In this document: piece by piece, positions 1 through 10,283 of the stretch
Layout: each line of letters starts with the position of its first letter
How positions within the stretch are numbered: position 1 is the first letter of the stretch
Source: Promethearchaeota archaeon
Lineage (GTDB): Archaea > Asgardarchaeota > Lokiarchaeia > Sigyniarchaeales > SOKP01
Direction of reading: 5' to 3'
Length of the DNA stretch: 64,000 bases
NCBI GenBank assembly: GCA_011364925.1
Contig: RDOA01000008.1
Coordinates: 32,001-96,000, forward strand
The notes under the pieces: model-generated
The model's database searches: none
Seen by the model: only the letters and a program-made list of their open reading frames with translations
Told to the model about the DNA's origin: nothing
Translations under genes and position numbers: made by a program

Positions 1-2
1 AG

Positions 3-1013
3 TCTTATAAATTTAACCACCCCGATACATTAAGCCTTAACGAAGATATAACTAAATTTAACTGCAATGAGTTTGAGGAGACCTATATTAAGGGGAAAGA
101 GGTTGAAGGTATAATCGGAGGTCCTCCATGTACAGGATTTTCGTCAGTAGGGAACAGAAGATCAAACGATCCACGCAATATGTTAGTATTTTTCTTTATA
201 AAATGGGTAGAATACTTTAAACCCTTATTTTTTGTTATGGAAAATGTAAAAGGCATACTTACTATGGGTAGAGGACTAGTAGTAGAAAAAATCAAAAAGA
301 TGTATAAGGACATCGGTTACAAGTGCAAATTGCAAACCTTATTAGCCGCAGATTACGGAGTCCCGCAATTAAGAGAGAGAGTCTTATTTATCGGGGCAAA
401 GAATAATAATATTCAGCAGATCAATATCAAAAAAACTCATAAAGAAGATTCATATCAAAAAAATTCTTCTGACATAAATCCTTTACCATCTTTTCTAAAA
501 GTTGGGGATGCTCTTTCAGATATTCTTGATCTTACTCCATACAGGGAAAACAACGGAAACGATATAGGTATAGAATATAATAAACCGCCTCAAACTAGTT
601 ATCAAGCGTACTTAAGAAAACACTCAGACAAACTTTACGAGCATGTCGCTCCAAATCATAGCAAGAAAGTTGCAACTAGAATTTCTCACATTGAGCAAGG
701 TAAAAATCACGCTTCTTTACCAAAAGAACTGCAGTTAAAAGGAGGTTATTCTAATATATATGGTAGGCTTCATTTAAATAAACCGGCAGACACTATAACG
801 GGTAATTGTGGTTGCGTAAGCGCACCGGGAAGATTCATTCACCCTACTCAAAATCGGGCGATTTCGGTTAGAGAAGCTGCTCGGCTTCAGTCGTTTCCAG
901 ACAATTATCGTTTTTTCGGAAGTATGAGAGATAGATACAAGCAAATTGGAAACGCAGTACCTCCTTTATTGGCTAACGCGATTGCGAAAGCAATAAAAGA
1001 TGTTGTCAATTGA
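3..1013 (+). CDS. DNA (cytosine-5) methyltransferase, 5'-truncated by window edge
   Basis: Frame is open from position 3 (SYKFNHPD...IIGGPPCTGFS). Motif IV GPPC, motif VI ENV, motif VIII Q.RER, motif IX R..SVREAARLQSFP and motif X QIGNAVPP are present. Motif I lies upstream of the window. Confidence 0.93.
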   Translation, partial: SYKFNHPDTLSLNEDITKFNCNEFEETYIKGKEVEGIIGGPPCTGFSSVGNRRSNDPRNMLVFFFIKWVEYFKPLFFVMENVKGILTMGRGLVVEKIKKMYKDIGYKCKLQTLLAADYGVPQLRERVLFIGAKNNNIQQINIKKTHKEDSYQKNSSDINPLPSFLKVGDALSDILDLTPYRENNGNDIGIEYNKPPQTSYQAYLRKHSDKLYEHVAPNHSKKVATRISHIEQGKNHASLPKELQLKGGYSNIYGRLHLNKPADTITGNCGCVSAPGRFIHPTQNRAISVREAARLQSFPDNYRFFGSMRDRYKQIGNAVPPLLANAIAKAIKDVVN

Positions 1014-1044
1014 TATAATACTTACTTTATTTGTCTTCGCTACT

Positions 1045-1266
1045 CTAAAATCTTAAGTAGGAATTAGCTGAACGGTACCTATTTTTTCTGTAAGGTTTCT
1101 CAGGGGCGTTAAAGAAGCATTTAGGGCAAAAAATTGTCAAAAGAGTGTCATTCCAGATGAACAATGCTTTCTTTATGGAATATTGAGGGTGATTTTCCAA
1201 AAACTCATCGAAAGAAATAAATTTTTCACAGTCAGGACATTTTCGTACTGAAGGCGGAAGCGTCAT
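1045..1266 (-). CDS. small zinc-finger protein (two CxxC pairs)
   Basis: CPDC and CPKC pairs; 73-aa ORF fills the intergenic gap. Confidence 0.6.
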   Translation of the reverse strand: MTLPPSVRKCPDCEKFISFDEFLENHPQYSIKKALFIWNDTLLTIFCPKCFFNAPEKPYRKNRYRSANSYLRF

Positions 1267-1357
1267 AACTGTACTTCCTAAATCTTGTATATTAAAAATA
1301 CATGGGTGTTAACCAAGTAATTTTTAACTTTACTTCATTATAAATATTTGATTTGTT

Positions 1358-1807
1358 ATGCCCGACAATGATAACACCCTTGAAAACTACGTAGAACCCG
1401 ATGCGGTTATCGAGTATATCTTTATCGAGAGAGCTGAAGAACAAAATAAACCTATTAACGACGATCAGGGATATATTATGGGATTTTTTAACATCTTTTT
1501 CTCTGGTACTTTTAAGAATAATTATCTAGCTGAGTTCAAAAATCAAATATTAAACGAACTAAATTATAGCTTAAAGACGTACGATCACTTTAAATCAAAA
1601 GCTATTGATATGACTCTCTATAAATTCGGGTTAGTTGACAACGAACGAAATATCACTGAATTCACAGAAATGAGCGAATCATTTTTTAAAGAATTGATAG
1701 CTTCATTGAGAAATTTAATGATTGTTGGGAATAATTTTGACATTGAAAATTTCAAGCGTCACCACATATTTAATCAATGGTTTGATACTTACACAAATAA
1801 AATTTAA
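1358..1807 (+). CDS. hypothetical protein
   Basis: 149-aa ATG ORF with normal composition; no recognisable motif. Confidence 0.7.
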   Translation: MPDNDNTLENYVEPDAVIEYIFIERAEEQNKPINDDQGYIMGFFNIFFSGTFKNNYLAEFKNQILNELNYSLKTYDHFKSKAIDMTLYKFGLVDNERNITEFTEMSESFFKELIASLRNLMIVGNNFDIENFKRHHIFNQWFDTYTNKI

Positions 1808-1887
1808 ATATCAGCTTTACCGTTTAATTCTTGGCGGAGTTATATGCCAGATAAATCCATGGAAATTATATGCTGAGGTGAAATCTG

Positions 1888-2853
1888 TTGGTGGATTCTT
1901 TAATATTTTATGAAAAGGATGGAGAACCTAAAGAGAAAACATATAAAATTTTATTTACAGGTTTGGATAGTGCTGGAAAAACGAGTATAATTTTAACTTT
2001 ACAGAGAGAGTTTTCTAAGATAGCCTTAATCGAACCAACGAGGGGTGCTGAGAGAAGAAGTTTTACATTGTTCGGAAAGAAGATCACGGAATGGGATTTA
2101 GGCGGTCAAAAGAGTTATTTAATTTCCTATTTAAAAAACCCTGGTAAATTTTTTGACGGTACCGAAATCGTAATCTACGTTATTGATATTTTGGATGCCT
2201 CTCGTACTAAAGAATCTTTAGAGTATTTGTACGAACTCGTGGATAAATTTAAAGAGTTAGGGATTGAACCGTACATAAACATCTTTTTTCATAAATATGA
2301 CCCAAAATTAATCCAGAGCGTTGAAAAACAGATTAAATCAGAAATTCTTACGCTAAATAAAGAAATTATAAAGAATTTGGATTACAAAAAGCTACAGTTC
2401 TTTACGACCTCAATTTATAATCCGTATACGATTATGAACGCTATGTCTAAAATTTTATTAGAGTTATTTCCTAAAGCAGAGTTATTAAGAAAAACCATTG
2501 ATCAGTTTGCGAATAAACTAAAATGTGAGGGTTTACTAATTACTGACAATAATTCGATTATTTTAGGTTCATGGTTCAAAGATAAGGAATCCAAAAAACT
2601 TTTAAGTGGCACCATTGCTTACTTCTTAACGCTTAACGATGTGTTTGAAGATATGGTAATGGATCAAAGAGAGGATCAAATCGTCGTCAGAAAAATGGGA
2701 AAATATTTCTTATTCAAGCCATTCGTCTTAGAGACAACGAAGATACCGTATTATATGCTTGTATTAAAGAGTAATGATCCAATGGGACTATATTTTATTA
2801 ATAAAGATTTCGAGACTTTTGTAAAAATCTTCGGTAAAATCATCAAGAGCTAG
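1888..2853 (+). CDS. Arf/Rag-like small GTPase with C-terminal roadblock/longin-like domain
   Basis: G1 GLDSAGKT, G2 PT, G3 WDLGGQ, G4 HKYD, G5 TSI (HKxD/TSI typical of Rag/Gtr type); ~130-aa C-terminal alpha/beta domain (GLLITDNNSIILG); GAGGTG upstream. Confidence 0.88.
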   Translation: MVDSLIFYEKDGEPKEKTYKILFTGLDSAGKTSIILTLQREFSKIALIEPTRGAERRSFTLFGKKITEWDLGGQKSYLISYLKNPGKFFDGTEIVIYVIDILDASRTKESLEYLYELVDKFKELGIEPYINIFFHKYDPKLIQSVEKQIKSEILTLNKEIIKNLDYKKLQFFTTSIYNPYTIMNAMSKILLELFPKAELLRKTIDQFANKLKCEGLLITDNNSIILGSWFKDKESKKLLSGTIAYFLTLNDVFEDMVMDQREDQIVVRKMGKYFLFKPFVLETTKIPYYMLVLKSNDPMGLYFINKDFETFVKIFGKIIKS

Positions 2854-2938
2854 TTTCATATCTTTATATTTTGATATATCATTGAAATATTACTGATATA
2901 TAAATCCTATTAAGTAATTTTTTTTAAACGGCTTATTT

Positions 2939-3466
2939 ATGGAGGTAAAGAAAAATCTAAGAACAACAAAAGTCCTAATGGAGTTATATAACGGAGAAAA
3001 AATTAGATCACCGCTCCTTTTGTCAAAAGCTTTAGAGTTAATTGACGATATTCCAACTTCGATTGAATTAAAGGAAAATTTCATTAGGTTTGAAAACGAG
3101 TTTAATCAGCAAATTCTCTTAAAACGAGTATTCTACGATGTTTGGGGACTGGAACTTATATTTGATGGAGGATTCAGAAAAAGGATAAATTTAGTGTATA
3201 AATATTTAAGAACCCGGACCGTAAAGGCAATAGTGATTAACTTCTTTTATGGGATTTTTATTGGCAACTTAACTTTAGGTTTTCTTTCTTCAACAGATTT
3301 TGAGTCGCGAAACCAGCAATTAAAGAAAATTATCTCTTTAATTAATACGAAATTAAAAAGATTTGCTCTCTGTAAGTATTGTGGAGTAAAATTATCAGAC
3401 AATTTTAAAGTAAAGTGTAAATTTTGCGGAATTGAACTTAACTTTTCCGAGCTTCTACTATTGTAG
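2939..3466 (+). CDS. hypothetical protein with C-terminal zinc ribbon
   Basis: CKYCG...CKFCG at the C-terminus. Confidence 0.7.
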   Translation: MEVKKNLRTTKVLMELYNGEKIRSPLLLSKALELIDDIPTSIELKENFIRFENEFNQQILLKRVFYDVWGLELIFDGGFRKRINLVYKYLRTRTVKAIVINFFYGIFIGNLTLGFLSSTDFESRNQQLKKIISLINTKLKRFALCKYCGVKLSDNFKVKCKFCGIELNFSELLLL

Positions 3467-3547
3467 TTATAAAACTAAGTTTATATTTTTTTTCTCTAAA
3501 CGGTTTTTCTCCAATTTCCTAATATATAAATCCTGTAGTTTAATAAG

Positions 3548-3994
3548 TCATTTTTTTTTTAACCATTTTGGAATCCTATATTCATCGACAATAATACAGT
3601 TTCCATGCTCCCAATCAGGATACGGTTTAATATCCAAAACAGGAGTATCATCAAATGCATCAAGGCCTTTCACAAAAAGAATATTTCCTTCTCGCTTAAT
3701 TAGCTCAACTAATGTTAAGCCAATAGGATTAGGATGAATAGGAGCCCTTGTTGCAAAGACACCAATAGCTTCTGTCTCGTGCTTCTTGCTAGGATGGTGT
3801 AAATAATTGGTATCCTTTATCTGATGCATCCAAAAGATTATGTAAATATGTGAGAAGTTTTCGATCCCATCCAATGCCTTTTTTAATTCTTCATTTACTA
3901 TTATTTTTGTAACAAGACTTCTATCTTTATCGTCCTCGTTAGGTGAGATTCTCTTAATATAACCTACTGGTTTAATTTGGAGATTATTATGCAT
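3548..3994 (-). CDS. tsaA: tRNA m6t6A37 methyltransferase TsaA/TrmO family
   Basis: GVFATRAPxHPNPIGLT and GLDAFDDTPVLDIKPY signatures. Confidence 0.9.
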   Translation of the reverse strand: MHNNLQIKPVGYIKRISPNEDDKDRSLVTKIIVNEELKKALDGIENFSHIYIIFWMHQIKDTNYLHHPSKKHETEAIGVFATRAPIHPNPIGLTLVELIKREGNILFVKGLDAFDDTPVLDIKPYPDWEHGNCIIVDEYRIPKWLKKK

Positions 3995-4122
3995 AAGCTA
4001 AATTAAAAAACTCGAATATAAAAAATATTTGAATATCGAAATTCTGAATGTTTATATACTTTAAGATTAAATTATATGCATTTAGATTAGCTTATATCCC
4101 TAAGAACAAAATCAGAGAGATT

Positions 4123-4380
4123 ATGATAAAAAAATGCGAACTATGTGGGGATGAAATTATAGGATTTCCGTACAAATGTAAATACTGTAATAATGTTTAC
4201 TGTTTAAAACATCGGTTACCAGAAAATCACGCGTGCAAGCTTTCAAGCTCAAAAAGATTAGTCCCTCAAAAACTAGAGGTAAGTGGTATTTACTATCATG
4301 ATGATGATGTGTTAAAACGCTCCCAGAAATCTAAAAAAGTGAGAAAAAAGAAAAAACAAAGAAAAAAGAAAAATCCCTGA
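4123..4380 (+). CDS. AN1-type zinc finger protein with basic tail
   Basis: CELC...FPYKCKYCNNVYCLKHRLPENHAC is an AN1 ZnF; likely start at ATG 4123 (track starts at 4048). Confidence 0.8.
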   Translation: MIKKCELCGDEIIGFPYKCKYCNNVYCLKHRLPENHACKLSSSKRLVPQKLEVSGIYYHDDDVLKRSQKSKKVRKKKKQRKKKNP

Positions 4381-4445
4381 CTATAACCTCACTTCTTTGT
4401 AAAAGCAGTTAAGAAGAAAAAAATTAATGGTAAAGATTATAACTT

Positions 4446-4655
4446 TTACCTTTTAATTAGGTGGAATATGTAAATTCTATCTGAACCATGCACATTTATA
4501 AGCTCAAATCCGTTTTTGTTCATGAAATCTTCGATATAAGCTAAAACATTAGAATAAAACTTTTCTTTGTCATACTTTATAGTTTTAACTTCAGTTCTAT
4601 TAGCATGATACAGCGAATGAGTAAGTATATTTACTGAAATAGTATTTATTTCCAT
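4446..4655 (-). CDS. small hypothetical protein
   Basis: 69-aa ORF preceded by an SD-like sequence; C-terminal MNKNGFELINV motif loosely like DUF4177. Confidence 0.55.
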   Translation of the reverse strand: MEINTISVNILTHSLYHANRTEVKTIKYDKEKFYSNVLAYIEDFMNKNGFELINVHGSDRIYIFHLIKR

Positions 4656-4818
4656 TTATCCTTACCTTTCGATTAATAATTTTGGTTTGAATGTCCGTAA
4701 AATTTAACTTCAAAATATGAATTATGAACATTTAACTTTTGCTCTAAATATGTTAAGAAACAAGAATAAAAAAAAGTAATTTATTTGTTCAAAAGCATAA
4801 ATTTCGTTCCCTCAGGGA

Positions 4819-5862
4819 TTAAATATATCTTTGGCTAATGTTCGTTTGAAAAAATTGTTCTCTCTGATTCATTCTCCGATTTGTTTGCGTACTACCTCCT
4901 CTTTTCGACACAATGTAAAATTGGACTAACGAGTTTCCATGTACAAGAGTGTTACCTCTCCATTTGCTATCTATAGACTCAAACTCTACAACTTCACCAA
5001 GGCCAATACCTTTTCTAGCGCTAAAGTTTAACTTAAGATTTTGTAAAGTCTTAATTAATTGGACTTCGCTTAGATCTGGATTTCCATTAAAAGGTTTGTC
5101 TTTAAATCTCAAGGATTCGATCGCAAACGCTTTAAGGATGTCTTTACTCATTACACCCCAAACTTGTGCGTTTGCGTAAAATTCGATGCCAATAAACTCA
5201 CCGTTAATAAAGGCTGCGATACCACACTGGTTCTCTACATTTTTAAACGAAGACACGATTTTTTCTGTTTCTCTATCAATATTTTCAGTCATTTCAAGAT
5301 AACTCTGCGTAGGAGCAATCTTATTATTATAATTCATCTCAGTTCTATATGCTTGGATTTCGTCCCAAACTGAACCTTGACCCGCAGATGAGATGGCGGC
5401 GTACGCAACATTAGGATGGAGTCTCGTGCTCGATGCTTTAAATCCTCTCCCCTTCCGATAGTTCCATCTCGATTGTTCTACACACTTAGCAGGAATCGTG
5501 TATTTTTGCTCCATTGATCCTTTATTGGAACCAGATATGTTTTGTTTTCCTCCGGCTGCCAATAGGATTGGTTCCCATATGGTTCGATCTTGTTTTCCCC
5601 CGTGAACTGTTACCCCAAATGGGATTAAAACCTGTTGATCACTATTATTTATAACTTCCAGTTGACTAACCGTATCTGTTTCATTTATACTAATTAAGCC
5701 AAGTTCTTCGGCTTCCTTAACGCTGATAAATTCCAAGGTTTTACCCTTATAAATGATCGGGATTACGGTCATATTACCTTGAGATTGAGGTTTACCAAAT
5801 TCTAAAACTTCTAATGGCTTTTCAAACAACATTTCTACAATTTGAACGCTTATATTCTTCAT
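4819..5862 (-). CDS. ARPP-1 (DUF6569) family protein
   Basis: TVSQLEVINNSDQQVLIPFG..VHGGKQDRTI, CVEQSRW and QGSVWDEI motifs as recalled for ARPP-1. Confidence 0.75.
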   Translation of the reverse strand: MKNISVQIVEMLFEKPLEVLEFGKPQSQGNMTVIPIIYKGKTLEFISVKEAEELGLISINETDTVSQLEVINNSDQQVLIPFGVTVHGGKQDRTIWEPILLAAGGKQNISGSNKGSMEQKYTIPAKCVEQSRWNYRKGRGFKASSTRLHPNVAYAAISSAGQGSVWDEIQAYRTEMNYNNKIAPTQSYLEMTENIDRETEKIVSSFKNVENQCGIAAFINGEFIGIEFYANAQVWGVMSKDILKAFAIESLRFKDKPFNGNPDLSEVQLIKTLQNLKLNFSARKGIGLGEVVEFESIDSKWRGNTLVHGNSLVQFYIVSKRGGSTQTNRRMNQREQFFQTNISQRYI

Positions 5863-6293
5863 TTCTCACTTTCCTCCTTTTTATTAATTTTGCGTTCTTT
5901 TTTATGCACTTCATCAAAATTAGCTTCTTCATAAAGAGGGTCTATAAATTGGTTAGCAATTTCTTTTCCGTTTTTTGTTAGTTCAACCCCATAAGAGATT
6001 TTCAATTTTCCAGTGTCAGTTACCTTATCAACAGTTGCGCCTTTTAATTTTGAAGCTTCTTCCTCTGAAACTTCCATTTTTTGAGTTCTAATGATTCCTC
6101 CTCTCTTAAGCGCCCCAATATGATAATTAATGTTTTGACGTTCTACTTCCAGTTTATTTGCCAAGTCCACAGCTCGTTGAGACCTTGTTGAAAGCTCCCT
6201 AAGTATTTCTACTCTCATAGGATTTCGAAACACAAGACCTACCTTTTCAAAGATTGGCTTTTTTTTTTCTTTTTTTTCATTTTTTTCTGGCAT
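5859..6293 (-). CDS. ArsR-family winged-helix transcriptional regulator
   Basis: NPMRVEILRELS...AVDLANKLEVERQNINYHIGALKRGGII; 4-bp overlap with the downstream gene. Confidence 0.85.
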   Translation of the reverse strand: MPEKNEKKEKKKPIFEKVGLVFRNPMRVEILRELSTRSQRAVDLANKLEVERQNINYHIGALKRGGIIRTQKMEVSEEEASKLKGATVDKVTDTGKLKISYGVELTKNGKEIANQFIDPLYEEANFDEVHKKERKINKKEESEK

Positions 6294-6309
6294 AAAAAAT
6301 CACAATCGT

Positions 6310-6342
6310 TTTTTACTGTAAAAATCTTTTTTACTATAAAAA
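6310..6342. promoter_or_regulatory. tandem palindromic putative operator upstream of ArsR gene
   Basis: TTTTTACTGTAAAAA (6310-6324) and TTTTTACTATAAAAA (6328-6342), 18-bp period, immediately upstream of the ArsR start. Confidence 0.5.
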
Positions 6343-6889
6343 CAATTATTACTTTTCCTATTTAAATATTTGTATCCCCTACAAATTTTTTGTGGAAAAA
6401 TAAGATTAAACAAAAAGCAGATATAATGAAGGATTGGTGATCCCTAAAAATTAAAATTTTTATTTAAATGTCAATAGTGACCTTTTCTTGAGCGAAAGCA
6501 TTTGAAGTTCTAACACCATTCCTAAAGGAAATCAATTTCCCTCGTTTCATATCCTTTAACTTCTCTAAATCATTAAAAATGTTCCTTTTTAAAAATAAAT
6601 TAAGATATTTACCCTCATATAATGTCATATCTAACGATTGAAGAAACTCAGGATGACGAAAAATTTTCCAATTGATGTTTTGCATAGTATTACTGGAATA
6701 AAAGTTCGGGATTATAAAGAAGATGACACTGAGAGTTTTCTATTATTTCGAGTTCTTATAACAAACAAGTTCTAATTCGAATAATTTAACTTAGTTGATA
6801 CTTTTTCTAACCAAATTAGGATATTTTTATTTATGGACCCAGCTAAAATTGGGATGTTTACGTTCATCAATAAATAATTATACGGAAGC

Positions 6890-8365
6890 ATGGTAATGGA
6901 AAATTCAGATATAATTCACACGTTTTTGCACCCAAAATCTGTTGCTGTTATTGGAGCCTCAAAGAAATTAGCAAAGGGAGGGTTTCGAATAACAACCAAT
7001 CTCATTACTAACAATTTTAAAGGAAAAGTTTACCTTGTCAATCCTAATGCAAAAGGTAATCTATACAATCTAGAATTCAAAAAGTCTATTTTGGACATCG
7101 AGGATGATATAGATATTGCGATATTTTACGTTCCAAATCGATTTATTCCTCATCTTCTGGAAGAATGTATAGAAAAGGGGGTTAAAGGTGCTATAATTGA
7201 GGCATCAGGGTTCGAAGAAGTCGGTAGTAAAGGATTGGAGTTAAAAAAAAAACTTATAGAAATTACAGATAATTTCACAAAAATACGAATCTTAGGTCCT
7301 AATTGCATGGGATTAAGCACTTTTATTGGCGATAGTGACAGCGAACAAAAAGAAGCCTTTTTTTCTGGATTTGGGCCTTTTTCAACTTTTAAAAGGGGGA
7401 ACATAGGATTAATTAGTCAATCAGGAATGTTGAATGGGGGTTACTTAATGCACATAATGACGCAGTATCCTCATTTAGGATTCAGATATTCGTGTTCAAT
7501 CGGAAATAAGACTGACATTAGCGAATTAGAGTTTTTAGAATACATGTTATCTGATGACACGGTAAATGTCATTGCGATATACCTAGAATCCTTTAAAGAT
7601 CCGAGGAAATTTATAGAACTGTGTAAAAAAGCTAAATCCATGCCAAACAAAACGATTATTTTACTTAGAGGCGGAGTAACTAGCCAGGGTCAAAAAGCTA
7701 CGCGTAGTCATACCGGTTCAATGGCTGAAAACGCGCGATTAATCCAAGGAATTATTAAGCAATCGGGCGTGATTTATGTAAATAATTTTTACGAATTATT
7801 TCAGTTTGCTCGGTCGTTTTCGATCATGTATAAAACGGGACAAGCATTTCCTAAAAAGGGGAATGTTTCGTTTTTAGCGGGTTCTGGAGGTGCTGGGACA
7901 TTAATCGCCGATCTTACTATGATACACGGTTTAAAGCTCCCAATTTTACACGATAAAACGTATAGTGTTCTCGTAGAAGTTTTCCCAGAGTGGATGCCTC
8001 CAAATAGGTTTGCGTTTGTAGACATTTGGCCGGCAATGGAAAAAGCCATGATGCGTAGGGAAAAACCAGAAGTTGTTTTAAGCAGAGTTTATAAAGCTTT
8101 AATAGAGGATCCTAATGTAGAGGGAATATTTAACATGTTATTTTGTTCAAAACAATTCAATGCGCTAAATGATATCGACGAACTCATCAAGGTAGCAGAA
8201 AAATCTCCAAAACCCTTTTATTTCTGGTTAGTTGGCGAAGCAAAGGAGGTGCAAAGAATTTCTGATCAGTTAGGAAAACACAATATCCTTGATTTCCCCA
8301 GTTTAGAAGATATGGTTAAAAACTTTAAGACCTTGGTTCAAAACTCGAATAACTTTATAAATTAA
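6890..8365 (+). CDS. ADP-forming acyl-CoA synthetase alpha subunit (CoA-binding)
   Basis: PKSVAVIGAS, ILGPNCMG, ISQSG, SIGNK.D, YLESF, phospho-His motif SHTGSMA, SGGAG. Confidence 0.9.
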   Translation: MVMENSDIIHTFLHPKSVAVIGASKKLAKGGFRITTNLITNNFKGKVYLVNPNAKGNLYNLEFKKSILDIEDDIDIAIFYVPNRFIPHLLEECIEKGVKGAIIEASGFEEVGSKGLELKKKLIEITDNFTKIRILGPNCMGLSTFIGDSDSEQKEAFFSGFGPFSTFKRGNIGLISQSGMLNGGYLMHIMTQYPHLGFRYSCSIGNKTDISELEFLEYMLSDDTVNVIAIYLESFKDPRKFIELCKKAKSMPNKTIILLRGGVTSQGQKATRSHTGSMAENARLIQGIIKQSGVIYVNNFYELFQFARSFSIMYKTGQAFPKKGNVSFLAGSGGAGTLIADLTMIHGLKLPILHDKTYSVLVEVFPEWMPPNRFAFVDIWPAMEKAMMRREKPEVVLSRVYKALIEDPNVEGIFNMLFCSKQFNALNDIDELIKVAEKSPKPFYFWLVGEAKEVQRISDQLGKHNILDFPSLEDMVKNFKTLVQNSNNFIN

Positions 8366-8411
8366 CTCTCTAATCTTCCGATTACCCTAAATAAAAAAAA
8401 AAAAATAATCT

Positions 8412-9122
8412 CTATAAAATCTCCTTATTTTTCTGTAACTTCCAAACTCCAAATCCTTGAACTAAAAAACAGAGTAAGAAGGAATATTGAGAGATTTTTT
8501 GCATAGATGCTTGTAATATTAATCCGTCCAGAGTTATGGATTTTGGTATACTGATCAATACTATTGTATAGATCGCTGCGACAGCTAACAGCGCGACATA
8601 AACAAAACCATACAAGTTAGGATAGTCATTATTGTAGAAAACTGCGATTGTAAAAAACAATATACCCACTATGCCAGTAATATTGAACAAATTCGCAAAC
8701 ATTAAATGCGTTCTATTAAAAAGATCCCAGGGAGTAAAAATAGTTACGATCAAGAATACAACTGAAGTTAGGCTAATTAAAGATCCAATTCTGGCTATTA
8801 AATACTGTTTTTTATCTTTTTTAAAATACGATGAGAATATTAGAGCGAAGGGTATAAAGGAAAAGCTTAGAATTAATGCTGTAATTGTAAAAATTGTAAA
8901 TGATACGAAATTTGGAGCCCCAGATAGTGCAAATACGCGCCCTAAATCGCTAAAGAAGTTTCCCCAGAAATAATATCCTGGACTTAAAGGATTTACCAAA
9001 GTGCCTCCCGCGTAAAAAAACATCGCTATCGCCGTAAAAACTATATATTGTGTGGGTCCAAAAATTATAGATACCGACGCAAATAGTTTCCAATTTTTAA
9101 TCATCTTCAATAAAACCACCAT
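8412..9122 (-). CDS. multi-pass membrane protein (DUF998-like)
   Basis: ~6 hydrophobic segments; Y.FW.NFFSDLG motif and a conserved H. Confidence 0.7.
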   Translation of the reverse strand: MVVLLKMIKNWKLFASVSIIFGPTQYIVFTAIAMFFYAGGTLVNPLSPGYYFWGNFFSDLGRVFALSGAPNFVSFTIFTITALILSFSFIPFALIFSSYFKKDKKQYLIARIGSLISLTSVVFLIVTIFTPWDLFNRTHLMFANLFNITGIVGILFFTIAVFYNNDYPNLYGFVYVALLAVAAIYTIVLISIPKSITLDGLILQASMQKISQYSFLLCFLVQGFGVWKLQKNKEIL

Positions 9123-9260
9123 AAAGTTATTTGCATAATAATTTTAAATTAATATTTTTAAAGCTCGAAAATAATACATCGTGCTATAACTATCCTTAGA
9201 ATTAAAAAAATCAAAAAAAAGGTTAAAATCAACTCTAACTCATGTCGTTAAATCCGTATC

Positions 9261-10079
9261 CTACGCGTATTTAGGTTTTGAAATGAAACCTATAAATATG
9301 AGTAAATTGACGCCAATATCGATTAATTCAGCAATAATTCCAAAAGATAGGTTTGCGTTAATTAAGATCGTTCGGACTAAATTTGAGATCAGAAAACATA
9401 TAAACGCTAATCCAATAATTAATCCATGTGCTTGGGTAAGCCGTTTGTTTTTATACATAAACAAAAACATGAACGCAATCGCAATATAGCTTAAAATCGT
9501 GATGAATGGAAACACGAGGTTAAGAAAGTTTAATGTGGGCGCTAATACGATAATCAAAGCTGTTACTATAACAAACCCAAGCATAATCCTCAATCTTAGC
9601 TTGCTAAACTGCTTCTTATTCATCTCTTTATCCTTATTCATGTTAATGTAGACAAGAACTGCTTCTAAACCGATATATAATATCGGAATTAAGTTTACGA
9701 TGATTACGAAAAACCTGATTTTTGTTAAAAGCAAAACAAATTCAGTACTAAAGGTTCCAGATATAATTACTAAATTGTAAAAGATATCATAGACTTTTGC
9801 GCAAGTAAGTATTCCAAAAAAGGCTCCGAATAAAAAATAAGCATCTGATAGATATATTGCTTCTTGCTTAAACCATTTTCGAAAAAGAACGAACGACAAT
9901 ACTCCTAATATCAAGATTCTCACGAGTATTGCCACTAAGCCTATCCACAGACCTTCAATGCCAAAAAACGCTGCAACTAAGCTAGACCAATACAAAGAGA
10001 ACAATACGCTAAAGAAAATCATTAAAACAAGAATTAAGGCAAAAATGCTGCAAATAAATTTTTTTCGTTTACTCTCCAT
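9261..10079 (-). CDS. polytopic membrane protein (~7-8 TM), unknown function
   Basis: repeated ~20-aa hydrophobic stretches. Confidence 0.8.
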   Translation of the reverse strand: MESKRKKFICSIFALILVLMIFFSVLFSLYWSSLVAAFFGIEGLWIGLVAILVRILILGVLSFVLFRKWFKQEAIYLSDAYFLFGAFFGILTCAKVYDIFYNLVIISGTFSTEFVLLLTKIRFFVIIVNLIPILYIGLEAVLVYINMNKDKEMNKKQFSKLRLRIMLGFVIVTALIIVLAPTLNFLNLVFPFITILSYIAIAFMFLFMYKNKRLTQAHGLIIGLAFICFLISNLVRTILINANLSFGIIAELIDIGVNLLIFIGFISKPKYA

Positions 10080-10283
10080 TATTAAAAACCTTTTAACAAC
10101 GATTATGTGTCTATTTTTTTTTCTAAAATATTTTAACTATTCTAAACATAATTTTGTAAATAGCTTTTAAAAACCCGAATTTTTTTCCATTGGCTTAATT
10201 TTAAGAAGATGAATTTCTATTATTTAAGAAAGAGTTTAGCTAAACATAAGATTATTTAGGGAAATATCTGCGTAGAATAAGGG

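Noticed and set aside
3-1013. restriction-modification system
   Set aside because: The methyltransferase is clear, but no endonuclease lies downstream and the upstream context is outside the window
6464-6685. 73-aa minus-strand ORF
   Set aside because: No motif or clear SD; could be real but cannot be supported
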